From: Octopus sinensis
Lineage: Eukaryota
Reading direction: 5' to 3'
Assembly (NCBI RefSeq): GCF_006345805.1
Contig: NC_042998.1
Coordinates: forward strand, 147,560,001 to 147,624,000
Length of the DNA: 64,000 bases
The notes below the pieces were generated by a model. That model was given only the letters and a program-made list of their open reading frames with translations, was not told the DNA's origin and made no database searches. A program made the translations under genes and the position numbers. This document shows, one piece after another, positions 24,013 through 37,397 of this stretch. Position 1 is the stretch's first letter, and each line of letters begins with the position of its first letter.

Positions 24013-24380
24013 GACATCATACAGGAAGTAAACAGACAAAATGCTTTACAGAAACTAAGTTTTTTCCTCATATCCGGGAGATGAGTAATAATAAAGCAAA
24101 AGCTCGCATTCTGTCCAACAACACACTGTTCTTACTGTTATTAACAGGTTTTATCTGTGTAAACAGCAGCAATGTGTTTGCAAGTGGTCACAGAATGACA
24201 ACTAAACAATGTTGATGTCTCATTTCTAAAGACCACACACCAATCCAAGAAATTACAATACATATCTGCCACAGAACTTGACAACATTTACAAATTTGCA
24301 TGATGTCCCTTCCCATAAATCCTTGTCACACCTTGCCCTTTAATTTTGATGAATACCACATCTAAGAAAGAAGCACTAAC

Positions 24381-25185
24381 TTATATTCTTATTCTTATTA
24401 TTAGGTTCTCCTGGGCCATGTGGCGCATTGGGCAGCAAGGCTTCTCCAACGTAGTCGGTCGGCTACGGCGATTTCAGCTTCATTCCATGAAATGTCAATG
24501 GCTTTGAGGTCATCGATGAAAGTGTGGCGCCAAGTTGCTTTTGGTCACCCTTGTTTTCTCTTGCCATCCAGTGGCTTCCAGAGAATGGCAGTTTTCGCAT
24601 GCTGTGATAATGGTAATCGGAGGACATGGCCTGTAAATCACAAGCGGCACTCAGTAACAACGTCATAGAGTGGACAGCTATCAGTTCACTGATGTATCTC
24701 ATCATTGGTGATGTGGTCTTGGTATGATATTCACAGTATCTGCTGGAGGCATCATAGCTGAAATACACTGAGCCTTCATGTGATCTTTGCTGATGTCTTC
24801 TATGTATCCGCCGCATGTATTGCTGATGGTATGACAATCCACCACGTATATTGCTGATGGTATGATGATGCTGTTGAAGAAGCGCACTTTGGTCTTGGTG
24901 GAGATCACCTTGCCTGCCCAGATAAGTTTGAGTCTTTGAAAGACAGCCAAGGCCTTCCCAATCCAGCAGGCAACGTTGTGTTCGGTGTCTCTGTTGTTGG
25001 CCACGACGCTGCCCAAATAGGTGAACCCATCAACTTCCTTGATTTGGTGTTGTCCAATCATCAAGGGGATGTCGTTGTTGTTCCCATCGACATATCCAAT
25101 CTTCATGATCTTCATCTTGTTTGCACTTACATGGAGTTCGATCTTGGCTGCCTCCCATTCCAATCTCTCTGTCATTGTGCGAATA
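24381..25185 (-). mobile_element. RTE-clade LINE (different family), 5'-truncated, with internal deletion
   Basis: EVDGFTYLGSVV..IGKALAVFQRLKLIW..KTKVRFFNSIIIPSAIY, then GKRKQG*PKATWR..DRLRWRSLAAQC. Stop at 24401-24403; (TAAGAA)n tail. Confidence 0.9.
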
Positions 25186-25267
25186 ATATTCTTTGTCACT
25201 CATGCCTGGCCATAAAGAAATATTAATTAGCTTGGAAACAAATGCCTAATTTAATATAACCTGTAAC

Positions 25268-25486
25268 AAAGAATTGATTAGGGCTTAATGGTTAGGAATC
25301 AGATTTTAGGGTTAGGGCTGGGCTTAGGGTTTGGACTTGGTTAAGAGTTAGGGTAGCACTGGGCTTCTGACTAGGATTTAGGGTTGAACTTAGGGTTAAG
25401 GCTGGATTACACTTAGGAGTTATAGCTGGATTAAGGTTGGGGGTTAGGACTGGGTTTAGAGTTAAGGATTAAGATTAAGCATTAAG
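25268..25486 (+). repeat. Degenerate (TTAGGG)n-like tract
   Basis: Multiple TTAGGG, TTAAGG and TTAGGA units with spacers. Confidence 0.7.
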
Positions 25487-25964
25487 CGGTGGAATAGTCA
25501 CAGCTGAAAGCTGTATTTGTATTGAATTTATTTTTGTTTTTGTACCTGACTTGTATTTTTAGACAGATGCTTGACCAAGTTTAGTCAGAAATCAGATATA
25601 GGAAACATATGCACCATGAAATATGGTAACATCTGTCTTCAGCACAGGAAGTTTTCCTGTTTGACTCACACTATATTTGTGCATCAGCAAACAGTGAGTG
25701 CATCTTGTGACCTCACATGATGGGTCTTAGCAATAAATGAATGTACTGATTAAAAGCAACTCAGTTTCAACCTAAAGTAGTTAAGATGTTCTAGTTTATT
25801 CATGTGTCCCCTCCTTTCAGACAACTGTACAATACTTCCACCTGACAATCATATCAATCTAGTAACTAACCCCAGCAGCAGATCAGACAAACTTTAATAA
25901 CCAGGGACATGCCCTATTGAGAGCTGGTCTATCATCTTTTCTTTTCACTTGGTCCTCTCATGGT

Positions 25965-26545
25965 CAGACCCAGGAAGACGTGGACAAAGTAGTGAGAAAG
26001 GATCTTCAGAAGTTGGACCTCATAGAGGGAATGACAGGAAACCAAGACTTCTGGTGGTTTGCTGTAATTGGGAAGATATGTCAAGCCAAGTAAAATCATG
26101 GTTGTCCTTGCATACAGACGTGTCCCTTACATCCCTCTCCGGCTTTGAGTTCCTAACCTTGTGGGCTCATGGGTGCTTGTGCCACATAAACGCAACTGTG
26201 CCAGTGCTATGTAAAAGCACCCAGTACACACTGTAAAGTGGTTAGTATTAGGAAGAGCATCCAATTACAGAAAGCATGTGAAAACAGACATGAAGCTTGG
26301 GCATGGTCACTGTTAGTTTGGAGCATCCCTGGGAGAGCAGCTTGCCTAGGATGGCCCTACTAGGAGCAAAGCTCCAGACAGTAATGGTCTTTCAGATCTA
26401 TGGAACAAGGCCAGATCCATGAGGGAAATCAAATAGGATGCAGAGGGGCTGGTATGGAACCGCCAGTGATAGAAAGCACTGGTGGACCTGGTTGAGTCTA
26501 CACATGATGTCTCTGGGACCACTAACCAAGGATGACCCCAACCCT
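25965..26545 (+). mobile_element. Two decayed RTE 3' remnants
   Basis: GRPRKTW-like GGTCAGACCCAGGAAGACGTGG plus 3' UTR motifs (25965-26310); LPRMALLG..A.DRKHW-like remnant (26330-26545). Confidence 0.6.
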
Positions 26546-27492
26546 ATCAAGCAAGAACATGAAGCAGCAAGCAGCTTAATAATGACAGTGTAATTTTCCT
26601 AAATTCTTCAGTATTTTTCAAAATTAAGTGAAACAAAAGCAGTGTATTTCAGCAAGATAAATGGTAAAACAACAGAAACTATGAAGTTCTAACTAAGGAA
26701 TGAGGTGATGTTGGTCCCCAACAAAACTACAAAATGTATCCTGTCTCCGCCCCTGCCACCAATGACTTTACTTTTCAATTTGGCTGTAATTTTTAATCGA
26801 TTGAATAGCTATTTTGGTTGCACCACTACATTGTATAAATATTAGCTGATACTTAACTATTTGTTCTTAGTACAATACAACCATCATCACCATTGCCACC
26901 ACCACCATCACAATCAAGCAGATCATGTAACAAGCAAACAACAAAGTCGTTGAATGGTGTTTCAATAAAGGCAGAGGAAGACAAGAGAGAATCTTGTGGT
27001 GACCTATTTGAGTGGAAAGGTGGTTGTAATAGAAGATGGCCTGGTTTAGATTTTGGCTATATTTAACTTTCATTGGGAATAGCATGTTGGGAAGAAGGAG
27101 GAGGATAGAGTGATGAAAGAAAGAGAGAAGAGATGGAGGGAGGGAGAGAAAGAGAGGTACAGCTGTTATCCAAACCCAATTGAAATTCATAGCATTGCAC
27201 ACACATACACTAACAGAAGTAAGCATATCATGTATGTATGTGTGTGGAAACATTTAGGGTTATATTTGTGTAACATCTTTTATAAATGATACCAGTGATA
27301 TAATATCTTATATATGTAAGTGTTGTTCCATCGCTTCATCTCTTTATTATATGCTTAACATGCACAGTTCTCGATTCAGAGCCAACTCTTCTGTAGAAGT
27401 ATTTTAGACTTTCCAAGTATTAATCTGGTGTTTACACTAGCATTTTGTTACCCATTGTATGTATGTATGTGTGTGTGTGTGTGTGTGTGTGT

Positions 27493-27525
<33 letters not shown>

Positions 27526-27555
27526 ATGGATGGATGGATGGATGGATGGATGGAT

Positions 27556-27935
27556 GTATGCATGCAGTGTCTGTGCAAGACCCTGCCTCAGTAAAGCTGG
27601 ACTCAAGAGTCATCTTCGTAGTCATAAAGCAAGACAGATGAGTGACAACCTGGCCACTGGTGGTGGTGTAACACACCATACTAATCATATCTGTCGGGAA
27701 TGTGGAAGAGAGTGCAATTCGGCAGGAGGACTTAAACGACATGCAAAGGTACATGAATCCCAGTTGCAACTACAGCCGGCTATTACCGATAAAGTTTTTA
27801 GTTGCCAATTCTATACAAAACATTGTAGATCTTTAGCTGAGCTAAAAAGTCACATTCGATCACAGCACCAATAACAGTTAAGCTTCATCCAATGGCCATA
27901 CTCGATAACGAGGGGGCAGCCGTCATCATCATCAT
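27556..27935 (+). mobile_element. Extreme 3' end of an RTE-type LINE encoding three C2H2 zinc fingers
   Basis: Fingers CSVC-x12-HLRSH, CREC-x12-HAKVH and CQF(Y)-x12-HIRSQH; stop at 27874; short UTR with CTCG-ATAA-CGAG hairpin and (CAT)n tail. Confidence 0.7.
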
Positions 27936-28159
27936 GTATGTATGTGTGTGTGTGTGTGTCTATGTGTGTGTGTGTTGTATGTATGTATGTATGTATATAT
28001 ATATATATATATGCTAGACCACTGGTTAAAATTGATGTTGATTGATATTAATTTCTAGCCCCATTATTTAATTATATATATAGATATATATATATAGGAT
28101 ATATTTATGCAGATATACATACATATATATATATATGTATTTATATATATATATGCATA

Positions 28160-28560
28160 TATGGGTACAGGATGTCACAAAACGTAAACAAAATGAAATA
28201 CGAAGGCAAACTAAGGTATGCGAACAATGAGAGAAACAAATGGAAAACAAGACAAGTAACATAAAGAATGACCCTTCATCAGTTGTCGACTGTTCATCTA
28301 CTCCACATTTTGAGGAATTAACAACAGTATGAGGCTTCGAGAAACAGTTGCTCCCGCAAACCAAAAAAAATTTGGGGTTTTGTGGAGGGTCAAAGTTGAT
28401 AACAAAAACAAGCCGGTGGAGACATGCAACAAACCAAATGAAAACAAACATGGAGGGCCATTAGGGTGATGAGGTAAGGCAGGAAATGCTGGAGGAATAT
28501 TCTTTGACAAGAGAAAAGATAGGAGAGGAGACAGATAAGAACGTGTCTAGGTCTGTGCGA
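28160..28560 (-). mobile_element. Unclassified interspersed repeat with Penelope-like terminal features
   Basis: Minus strand has ACTGATGAAGG followed by a T-rich tract running into (TA)n. Classification is by resemblance only. Confidence 0.35.
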
Positions 28561-28849
28561 CAGACTGAAGGAAAAGAAAGATGATCACGTGAGGAAAAGA
28601 AATATGGAGGATGGTCACATGTGAGCAACAAGAGAGTAAAGAAGGAAGAGGGAGAGAGAGAGGCAGACAGACAGATAGAAAACGGTGAAGGGGAGAAAAA
28701 AGAATTAGAGAAAGGAAGAGAGAACAGTACAGGGTAGAGTCACATAAAAATTATTAAGATAAACTTACTTGGAATGGATGCGTATTATATATTCCTTCAT
28801 TACAATTGTTTCAATAATACATGGGTCAGACACATCAGAAATATACAAG

Positions 28850-29062
28850 GTTTCAAATTTTGGGCACAAGGCCAGCAATTTCAGGGGAGGAGGTAAGTTG
28901 ATTACATAGACCCACAGAGCTTGACTGAGATTTTGTTTCTTGACCCCGAAAGAATGAAAGACAAAGTCAACCTCGGCTAAATTTGAACTCAGAATGTTAA
29001 AATGGATGAAATGCTGTTAAGCATCTTGTCCCAGCATGCTAATGATTCTGCCAATTAAGATT
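28850..29062 (-). mobile_element. Nin/Deu-like SINE, alternative tail
   Basis: Core CTTTCATTCTTTCGGGGTCAAG on minus strand; tail GGCCTTGTGCCCAAAATTTGAAAC. Confidence 0.8.
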
Positions 29063-31105
29063 GTGTAATATAATACTAGCTGGACCTATGAATATTTCAC
29101 GGAATTAATGGTAAACTTATTGGGTTATTTCTGAAAACTTTATCCAAAAAACCTGAAAGCATAGCCTGTGTTGTGTCAGTATGGGAAGATAGTTGCTCAT
29201 CTGCTAATCATCATTGAAAAGTGAAGGAAATTGGAATACAATGATTACTTAATGCACTTTATATATACACTTTCTATACTTTATGCACAAATGCATAGAC
29301 TTAATACACAGCTATTTCCCTTTTTGCTTTACCCTCTTTTTCTCTTCTTTTTCTTTTGCTCTTTGCCTTTCCCTTCAACTAATCACTTGAAAGCATTACA
29401 AATGGGATAAGCAATAGAGAAAAAAACCTTAGTTAAAAAGAATTATTTAACTCACCACCACCTCTCCTTTCCTTCCCCCCTTCAACTAATCACATGAAAG
29501 TGTTACGGACGGGCTAAGTAACAGAGGAACAAACGGAATTATTATGATATTACATACGATTGATATTCTTCTCATTTGAGACTGCCCTTGGTGCTAACAA
29601 GTTAAACTGTTTCAAAGTAATCTATTTTAAAATCCTCAAAATTTCATATTAATCCATGTTCCAAATTCTTGTTTAATAATGACAAATTTATTTTACTAAA
29701 TTCTTCATTTCCAAAATTAGTTGAAAGAAAAACTGTATTTCAACAGAAACATGGTAAGAAAACAGTTAAAGTGATCTAAATTAATACATTCCATCAAAAT
29801 TTCCTGTTTATGTCTCAAGTTAAAAATGCCAAATTATTTTACTGAATTCTTCAGTATTTTCAAAATTAATTGACACAAAAGTAGTGTATTTCAAGACAAA
29901 TATTGCAACAAAATCATTAAATAAATGATTAAAATGTTACAAAGAGCATAAATAAAAATTCCACTCAAATCGACATGCCATTTCATCATTGCAGGTCTCA
30001 TCAATAAAACGAGTAACGATCATTGACTTTGGGTAATTCTTGCAACTTTGCCATTCACCATTTCTTACAGATCTACCAATGGAAACGATCAATATGTAAT
30101 AAGATGCTGACTCCCCTGCCTTGACCCTACCCAAGCACTTCCTGATATTAATACCACCCAAATGTGCGGAACTATTTCTTGCATTGACAGACAAGAGAAA
30201 TGATTGGTGTAGTGGCTGGGGAGAAGCAGTTATTTTGAGGGACAAGGTTTCAGATTAAGGGGAAGAGTGTAATGTTGTGATATTCATTTCTTTCTGGATA
30301 GTATCAAGTATAAAGATTGTTGTTGCTGTTGTTGTTATTATAAGTGTTGTTGTTCCTGTTACTATTGTTATTGGCTAGTCATAAACCAGCCTGGGTCAGC
30401 AGACCTATGATCAAAGGCATTCCAGCAATCACCAACCCTTTGTCTTCCTATCTGCAGAGGAACCCCAAACTACATCCTCTAATGGGTTTTTTTCTAAAGA
30501 GATGAAGTGTGGTTTGAGGAAGATGTAGCTGCTATTTCTAGCAGGTTGAGTGACCATGTAAGTAGATATAAAAGATGGGTGGGGGTTGATAAAAAGTGGA
30601 GTAAAAAAACAATATTAGTAAGTTTTCATAGGAGGGGAGGAGGGGAAAGAAGAGGAGGAGAGGAAGTAGAAAGAGATTAATAAGGTAAAACAGTGGGATA
30701 GAGAGGAGTTTTGGGTGGGGGAGGGAAGTGATAAACCATGACAATGACATGGTAATGTTGGCTGTGACAGTGGGTAGAGAGCATTGGGACTGAACCTGGA
30801 ACTATGTGGTTGGGAAGCAAACTTGTTAACCACGCAGCCACATCTGCACCTTTAAACATACATACATTATATACATATACGCGCACCTCCATGTGTGTGT
30901 GTGTGTGTGTGTGCACGCGTGCCACTCACTATGACTCTCTTCTTCAGTCCAGTGCTCTAATCTTTCTCACTATTTATCCATGCTTTCAGACGTCTTTTTC
31001 TAACTATGTTTGGCGCTAGGCTAAACTGTTAAGATACACGAGTACAGATAGTCACGTGTAAAAGCAAGCAGTCAAGCAAGTCGGAAGAAAAGCCCTCTGT
31101 GGTAC

Positions 31106-33540
31106 GTGTGTGCGTGTGTGTGTGTGTGTGTTACTTCAAACCCACAAAAGCAATGTCATGTCAGAACTTTTGTGTATGTGTTCAAATATATATATATATA
31201 TATATCTACACACACCCACAATATATATTCATGTATGCAGCTCTCCAGCTTGCCGGTCAAACAGTCCAACCCATGACGTTAAATGACAATGATGATGATA
31301 TATATATATTATATATATATATATCATCATCATAGTGTGTGTGTGTGTGTGTATATATTTTATCTTACATCACTTAACTTTATTCAAATCATTTTAAATA
31401 TATATAAAACAAAAAATAGAGGTATGTTCATGGCTGAGGGGACAAGCTACAAGCTATATTGAATGATTGGAGAAGACCACTTAGTTTACCAACATAAACA
31501 GCCTTGACCTTTAATCAATCTCTCTCTCTCTCCCTCTCTATAATCAAGTTAATAAAACAAAAATATTAGAAATAAAGGTTTTAGGTAAAATAAGGGAACT
31601 TTCTCCAGTGATGTTCCTCAAACTTCAAACAGTTGCAGTGACATGCTAAGGATGACTTACTGTCTTCTCTTATGCACACCTTGCAGATCAAAATATAGGC
31701 ACAAGAGTGGCTGTGTGGTAAGTAACTTGCTTACCAATCACATGGTTCCGGGTTCAGTTCCACTGCATGGCATCTTAGGCAAGTGTCATCTACTATAGCC
31801 TAGGGCCGACCAAAGCCTTGTGGGTGGATTTGGTAGACAGAGACTGAAAGAAGCCCATTGTGTATATATATATGTGTGTATGTTTGTGTGTCTGTATTTG
31901 TCTTCCCACCATTGCTTGACAACCGATGCTGGTGTGTTACGGCCCTGTAACTTAGCAGTTCAGCAAAAGTGACTTATAGAATAAGTACTAGGCTTACTAA
32001 GACTAAAGACGGTGCCCTAGCATGGCTGCAGTCAAATGACTGAAACAAATAAAAGAATAAGAGAAAAATACTGTTAAATACATCAAGACAGCCACACCCA
32101 CAGTCTCTCTCTTTCTCTTTCTCTCTCATACACACACTATCTACCTTTGTGATAAAGACACCCTCTCAAATCTGCTACCTATTCAACTTTCTAACAATCT
32201 ACACAAATCCATTTGTCACATATTCTGATAGAGTATGTGCCTGTGTGCATACAGCCTTAACTTAAGTAATAGTGCTCTCTCTTTCTTTCTCATATGTGTA
32301 AGTGACGGGGAGGGGCACACACATGCGTGTGTGTGTGTGTGTGTGTGTGTTACTTCAAACCCACAAAAGCAATGTCATGTCAGAACTTTTGTGTATGTGT
32401 TCAAATATATATATATATATATATCTACACACACCCACAATATATATTCATGTATGCAGCTCTCCAGCTTGCCGGTCAAACAGTCCAACCCATGACGTTA
32501 AATGACAATGATGATGATATATATATATTATATATATATATATCATCATCATAGTGTGTGTGTGTGTGTATATATTTTATCTTACATCACTTAACTTTAT
32601 TCAAATCATTTTAAATATATATAAAACAAAAAATAGAGGTATGTTCATGGCTGAGGGGACAAGCTACAAGCTATATTGAATGATTGGAGAAGACCACTTA
32701 GTTTACCAACATAAACAGCCTTGACCTTTAATCAATCTCTCTCTCTCTCCCTCTCTATAATCAAGTTAATAAAACAAAAATATTAGAAATAAAGGTTTTA
32801 GGTAAAATAAGGGAACTTTCTCCAGTGATGTTCCTCAAACTTCAAACAGTTGCAGTGACATGCTAAGGATGACTTACTGTCTTCTCTTATGCACACCTTG
32901 CAGATCAAAATATAGGCACAAGAGTGGCTGTGTGGTAAGTAACTTGCTTACCAATCACATGGTTCCGGGTTCAGTTCCACTGCATGGCATCTTAGGCAAG
33001 TGTCATCTACTATAGCCTAGGGCCGACCAAAGCCTTGTGGGTGGATTTGGTAGACAGAGACTGAAAGAAGCCCATTGTGTATATATATATGTGTGTATGT
33101 TTGTGTGTCTGTATTTGTCTTCCCACCATTGCTTGACAACCGATGCTGGTGTGTTACGGCCCTGTAACTTAGCAGTTCAGCAAAAGTGACTTATAGAATA
33201 AGTACTAGGCTTACTAAGACTAAAGACGGTGCCCCAGCATGGCTGCAGTCAAATGACTGAAACAAATAAAAGAATAAGAGAAAAATACTGTTAAATACAT
33301 TAAGACAGCCACACCCACAGTCTCTCTCTTTCTCTTTCTCTCTCATACATACACTATCTACCTTTGTGATAAAGACACCCTCTCAAATCTGCTACCTATT
33401 CAACTTTCTAACAATCTACACAAATCCATTTGTCACATATTCTGATAGAGTATGTGCCTGTGTGCATACAGCCTTAACTTAAGTAATAGTGCTCTCTCTT
33501 TCTTTCTCATATGTGTAAGTGACGGGGAGGGGCACACACA

Positions 33541-33580
<40 letters not shown>
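31106..33580 (+). repeat. Near-perfect tandem duplication, period ~1219 bp, containing a CORE-type SINE (31696-32065 and 32915-33284)
   Basis: TACTTCAAACCC begins at 31132 and 32351. Only a few differences were seen. Breakpoints lie in (GT)n tracts. Confidence 0.95.
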
Positions 33581-33584
<4 letters not shown>

Positions 33585-33835
33585 ATCTCAGTGTGGTCAT
33601 TTTGGTATACAATGACCATTTGAGACACGTTTGTTCTTTACTCTCAATATTTTCTTTCCATGGGAGAACATATGCTCAAAAAGTCAAAGATTTCTTCCAG
33701 TTTTCTTTAACATCCACCTTGTTTGATTTCTGTCTTGTCTTCATGTTTTTCAATTTTGTGCTATCTAAAAGTCGTGTGTGTTTGAATGAATATTTCTATA
33801 AAATTTTACAAACACACACACACACACATATATAT

Positions 33836-34351
33836 ATCTTTTATCTTTTACTTGTTTCAGTCATTAGACTATGGCCATGTTGGGGCACCACCTTTGAAAA
33901 CTTTTTAGTCGAATGAATCAGCCCCAGTACTTATCTCCTTTTTTAACCTGGTGCTTATTATATTGGTCTGTTTTGCCAAACCATTAAGTTACAGGGACAT
34001 AAACACACCACCACTGAGTGTGAAGGTGATGGGGGACAGACACACTTTATGTACAGACACACACACACATATGTTTAATAGATGGTTCTCTGTTTAACAA
34101 GTATGTGACTGACTATTCCCCAGACACACGTATACCCAGTATTGATGAAATGTTATAGAAAGTATCAGAAGTCACAAGCCCTATGACATGCACATATAGT
34201 GCAAATTTCAGATACTTTGGTACAAAATAGTGGTATACAGCTTGATACATGGATATATGCATATAGACATTTGCTCTGTATGTTTGAGTGTGTTTGTGTG
34301 TGAGTGCTCGTGTGTGTGTGTGTATATATACATACATACATACATACATAT

Positions 34352-34411
<60 letters not shown>

Positions 34412-34862
34412 TATATATAATATATATATATATATCCAACCCATGCTAGCATGGAAAACGGACGCTAAATGATGATGATGATGATGATGATGATATTTAT
34501 ATATTCTTTCTTTTACCTCTTGTTTCAGAAATTTGACTACTCGAAGGGTTTTAGTCAAACAAATCAACAACAGGACTTTTTTTTTTAAAGCCTAGTACTT
34601 ATTCTACTGGTCTCTTTTAATGAACCACTAAGTTATGGGACATAAACACACCAACACTGGTTGTCAAGCAGTGGAGTGGGGAAAACAGACACACACACAT
34701 GATGAGCTCCTTTCAGTTTCCATCTACCAAATCCATTCACAAGTCTTTGGTTGGCCCAAAGCTATAGTAGAAGACACTTGCTTGTGGTGGCATGCAGTGG
34801 GACTGAATCTGGAATCCCGTGGTTGGGAAGCAAGCTTCTTACCATACAGCCACCCTTGCACC
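33836..34862. mobile_element. Cluster: CORE-SINE 3' half (33836-34060, -), 59-nt RTE tail in (TA)n (34436-34494, +), full CORE-SINE (34500-34862, -)
   Basis: Motif matches to the families above. Confidence 0.8.
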
Positions 34863-37397
34863 CCACTCCCCCACACTTACTAACTCACATACACATGGTA
34901 AGCCTGTTGTCATTATCAAACCTCACCATTCAACATCTGGTTTCCATGCTGGTTTGGGCTAGATGATTCGATATTAAAAAATTCACCTTGTACACTATGT
35001 AAAATGGTTGTTGATAGGAAGGGTATCCATTCATAGAAGCCATGCCGGAACTGAAATATGTGACTCATTGTCCAATGACTTGTGAGTAGATACTGACTCA
35101 AACTGTGATGACACATCTAACATCGCATGGAAACTGGTAGTAACATGATTATGAGGTTTTATAGTGTTTTGGTATGTAAGGATGAAATCTATGAATAGCA
35201 AGTGAGTTATCAGGTCTGATAGAGTGCAAAAACTTCTGTGAGAACTGTCCAATTCCAGAATGTCTATAAGTAGAACTAATATTGACAAAACAATATCTGA
35301 AATGGAACAGAGCGAACTGGTGCAATCATAAAATCTGAAACTAAATTAGAGACTGAGAACCATGTATCTCTCTCAGCTCAATTTTGTCATTCTCAAAAAA
35401 TGCATTCCCTCTTCTCACCTTCTAAACTGAGTTTCCTTAAGCTTTCTACCTTTTCACTACGACTATCTCACTTTCTGAATGAGACAGCATGTTTGTCTCT
35501 TTTCAAATGTTTGACTATTCTACCCTCTCTTTATTTGAATCTTGCTATGTTTTACTCTCCCCCATCAGCAGCACTTTCATTCCAATTCTCTAACTATTTT
35601 TATCTATCATCACTCACCCTCCTACCTTCCTATGTCTCTCTGTCAGCCTCACTGCTTACACTACATAACAATATGTCTGACTAAAATAGATCGATTTGAT
35701 GTGTGGTGACTATATAATGTTTATCAGTTCTCTTATAGATTACACACACACACATAAACACAAACATGCATACATATGTATATAATTTCCATGCGACCCA
35801 AATTCTACCCCTTGAGACAGAGATAGAGCATGACAGACACAAAGAGAGTAGAGAGCTTCACATAGAGAAAGAGAGAAAGAGAGTAAGAGAAAGAAAGAAA
35901 GAGAAGAGGAGTGAGAAAAGAAAGAGGTACGGGGAGAGGTGACCTAACAAAGGAAGGCATCCTACTGGTGTTGGCAATGTGCGGACCCACTGCTAATTCT
36001 GCGGAGTTTCCTTATGTCCAAGTTGGAAATGTAACAATCACAGAACTGGTCGATGAGAAGTTCAACTGTGCTGTGGAGGGGCAACACAAACTGCTGGCTT
36101 CTAATATATCCTGCTGGATAAATGGCTGCCTGCTACTTTTGTGAAATGAAATGGTGGTTATATATAGTGTTGTGTGTGTGCTTGAAAAAAAAAATAATAT
36201 CTATATCTATATGTATATCCTCCTGTGCATAAATGTATATATCATTAATTTTGCTGTGTGTGTGTGTGTATTTGAATGTACATCCTCTCTATGTATAGAC
36301 ATGTACATCAATAATTTTACTATGTATATGTTTGACTATACATGTATATGCTTGAGTATGTATATTGTTCTGGAATAAATAAGTGTACAGCAATAATTTT
36401 GCTCTGTGGGTGTGCTTTGACAGATGTGTGTGTATGTGTATGCCGGTGAAAATAGTGTCTATGTATGTGAATTGTTTTGTATGTATGATGGAGTGTATAG
36501 AATTAAAATGGTGCAAGTGGGTGATGTGTGCATATGTGTAGTAGTATGTGTTTGTGTTTCTATATGTGTTTTTATATTTGTGAGTGTCTATGCGTGTGTG
36601 CGCACACATACAAGATTGCATGTGAGCACAGGAATGTCCTAATGGTTAAGAAGTTTGCTCTGCAATAATGAGGTCTCAGGATCCAATGACTTCCTGGGCA
36701 TGTCTCTTTTTACCTAACCTCAGATGCCCCACAAGCCTTGAGTGAAACTGAGTAGATGGAAACTATGTGGAAGCCTACTGTGTAATACTGATTTTGTGTA
36801 AGGATCACAGGAATATTCAACCATTTATATAAACCAATGAGTAGGTAGCTCATTTGATCAAACTGGAACACATCTTAAAAAAACAATAGCAGATTCATTC
36901 ATTTTACTTTTTATATTTGTTTGTATATGAGGTATAGGCATAGCAGTGTGGCCAAGAATGTCCCCTTGCATCAATATGGTATTAGGTTCAGTTTCACTCT
37001 GGTAAATTTTGCATTAAATTCCGTTGCACAGAAGCCAGTGAACATGAAATCATCATCGTCATCATTTTAATATCCACTTTTTCATGCTTGCATGGGTCAG
37101 ATGAAATTCCTTGAAGCAGATTTTGTATGACTAGATGCCCTTCCAGTTGCCAACCCTCACCCATTTCCATGACAGAATATTAGAAATGAATGACACTGCT
37201 TGAAAAATATAGAAAAGTTGGATCATTATTATTTCATTTGCTCCATCAGATTTTGTTCCCATTTTCTAGACAGTTGTATTTTGCAAGACAACAAAGTAAA
37301 TCACATCCATTTTTCATTGAATTAATAACAGGAAAAAGTTACAAACTATCACTATAGAAAATTTCAACAAAACTTGACAGTGCAAATGAAACCATAA

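Noticed and set aside
27556-27874. Calling the zinc-finger ORF a host transcription-factor gene
   Set aside because: No acceptor or start, non-Kruppel linkers and a retrotransposon-type tail; kept as a mobile-element finding.
29992-30029. Exon-like VSSIKRVTIIDFG resembling a kinase DFG motif
   Set aside because: No other kinase subdomain found in the window, and the next acceptor is only ~41 nt away; probably chance. The overlapping minus ORF 29937-30245 has no recognisable homology.
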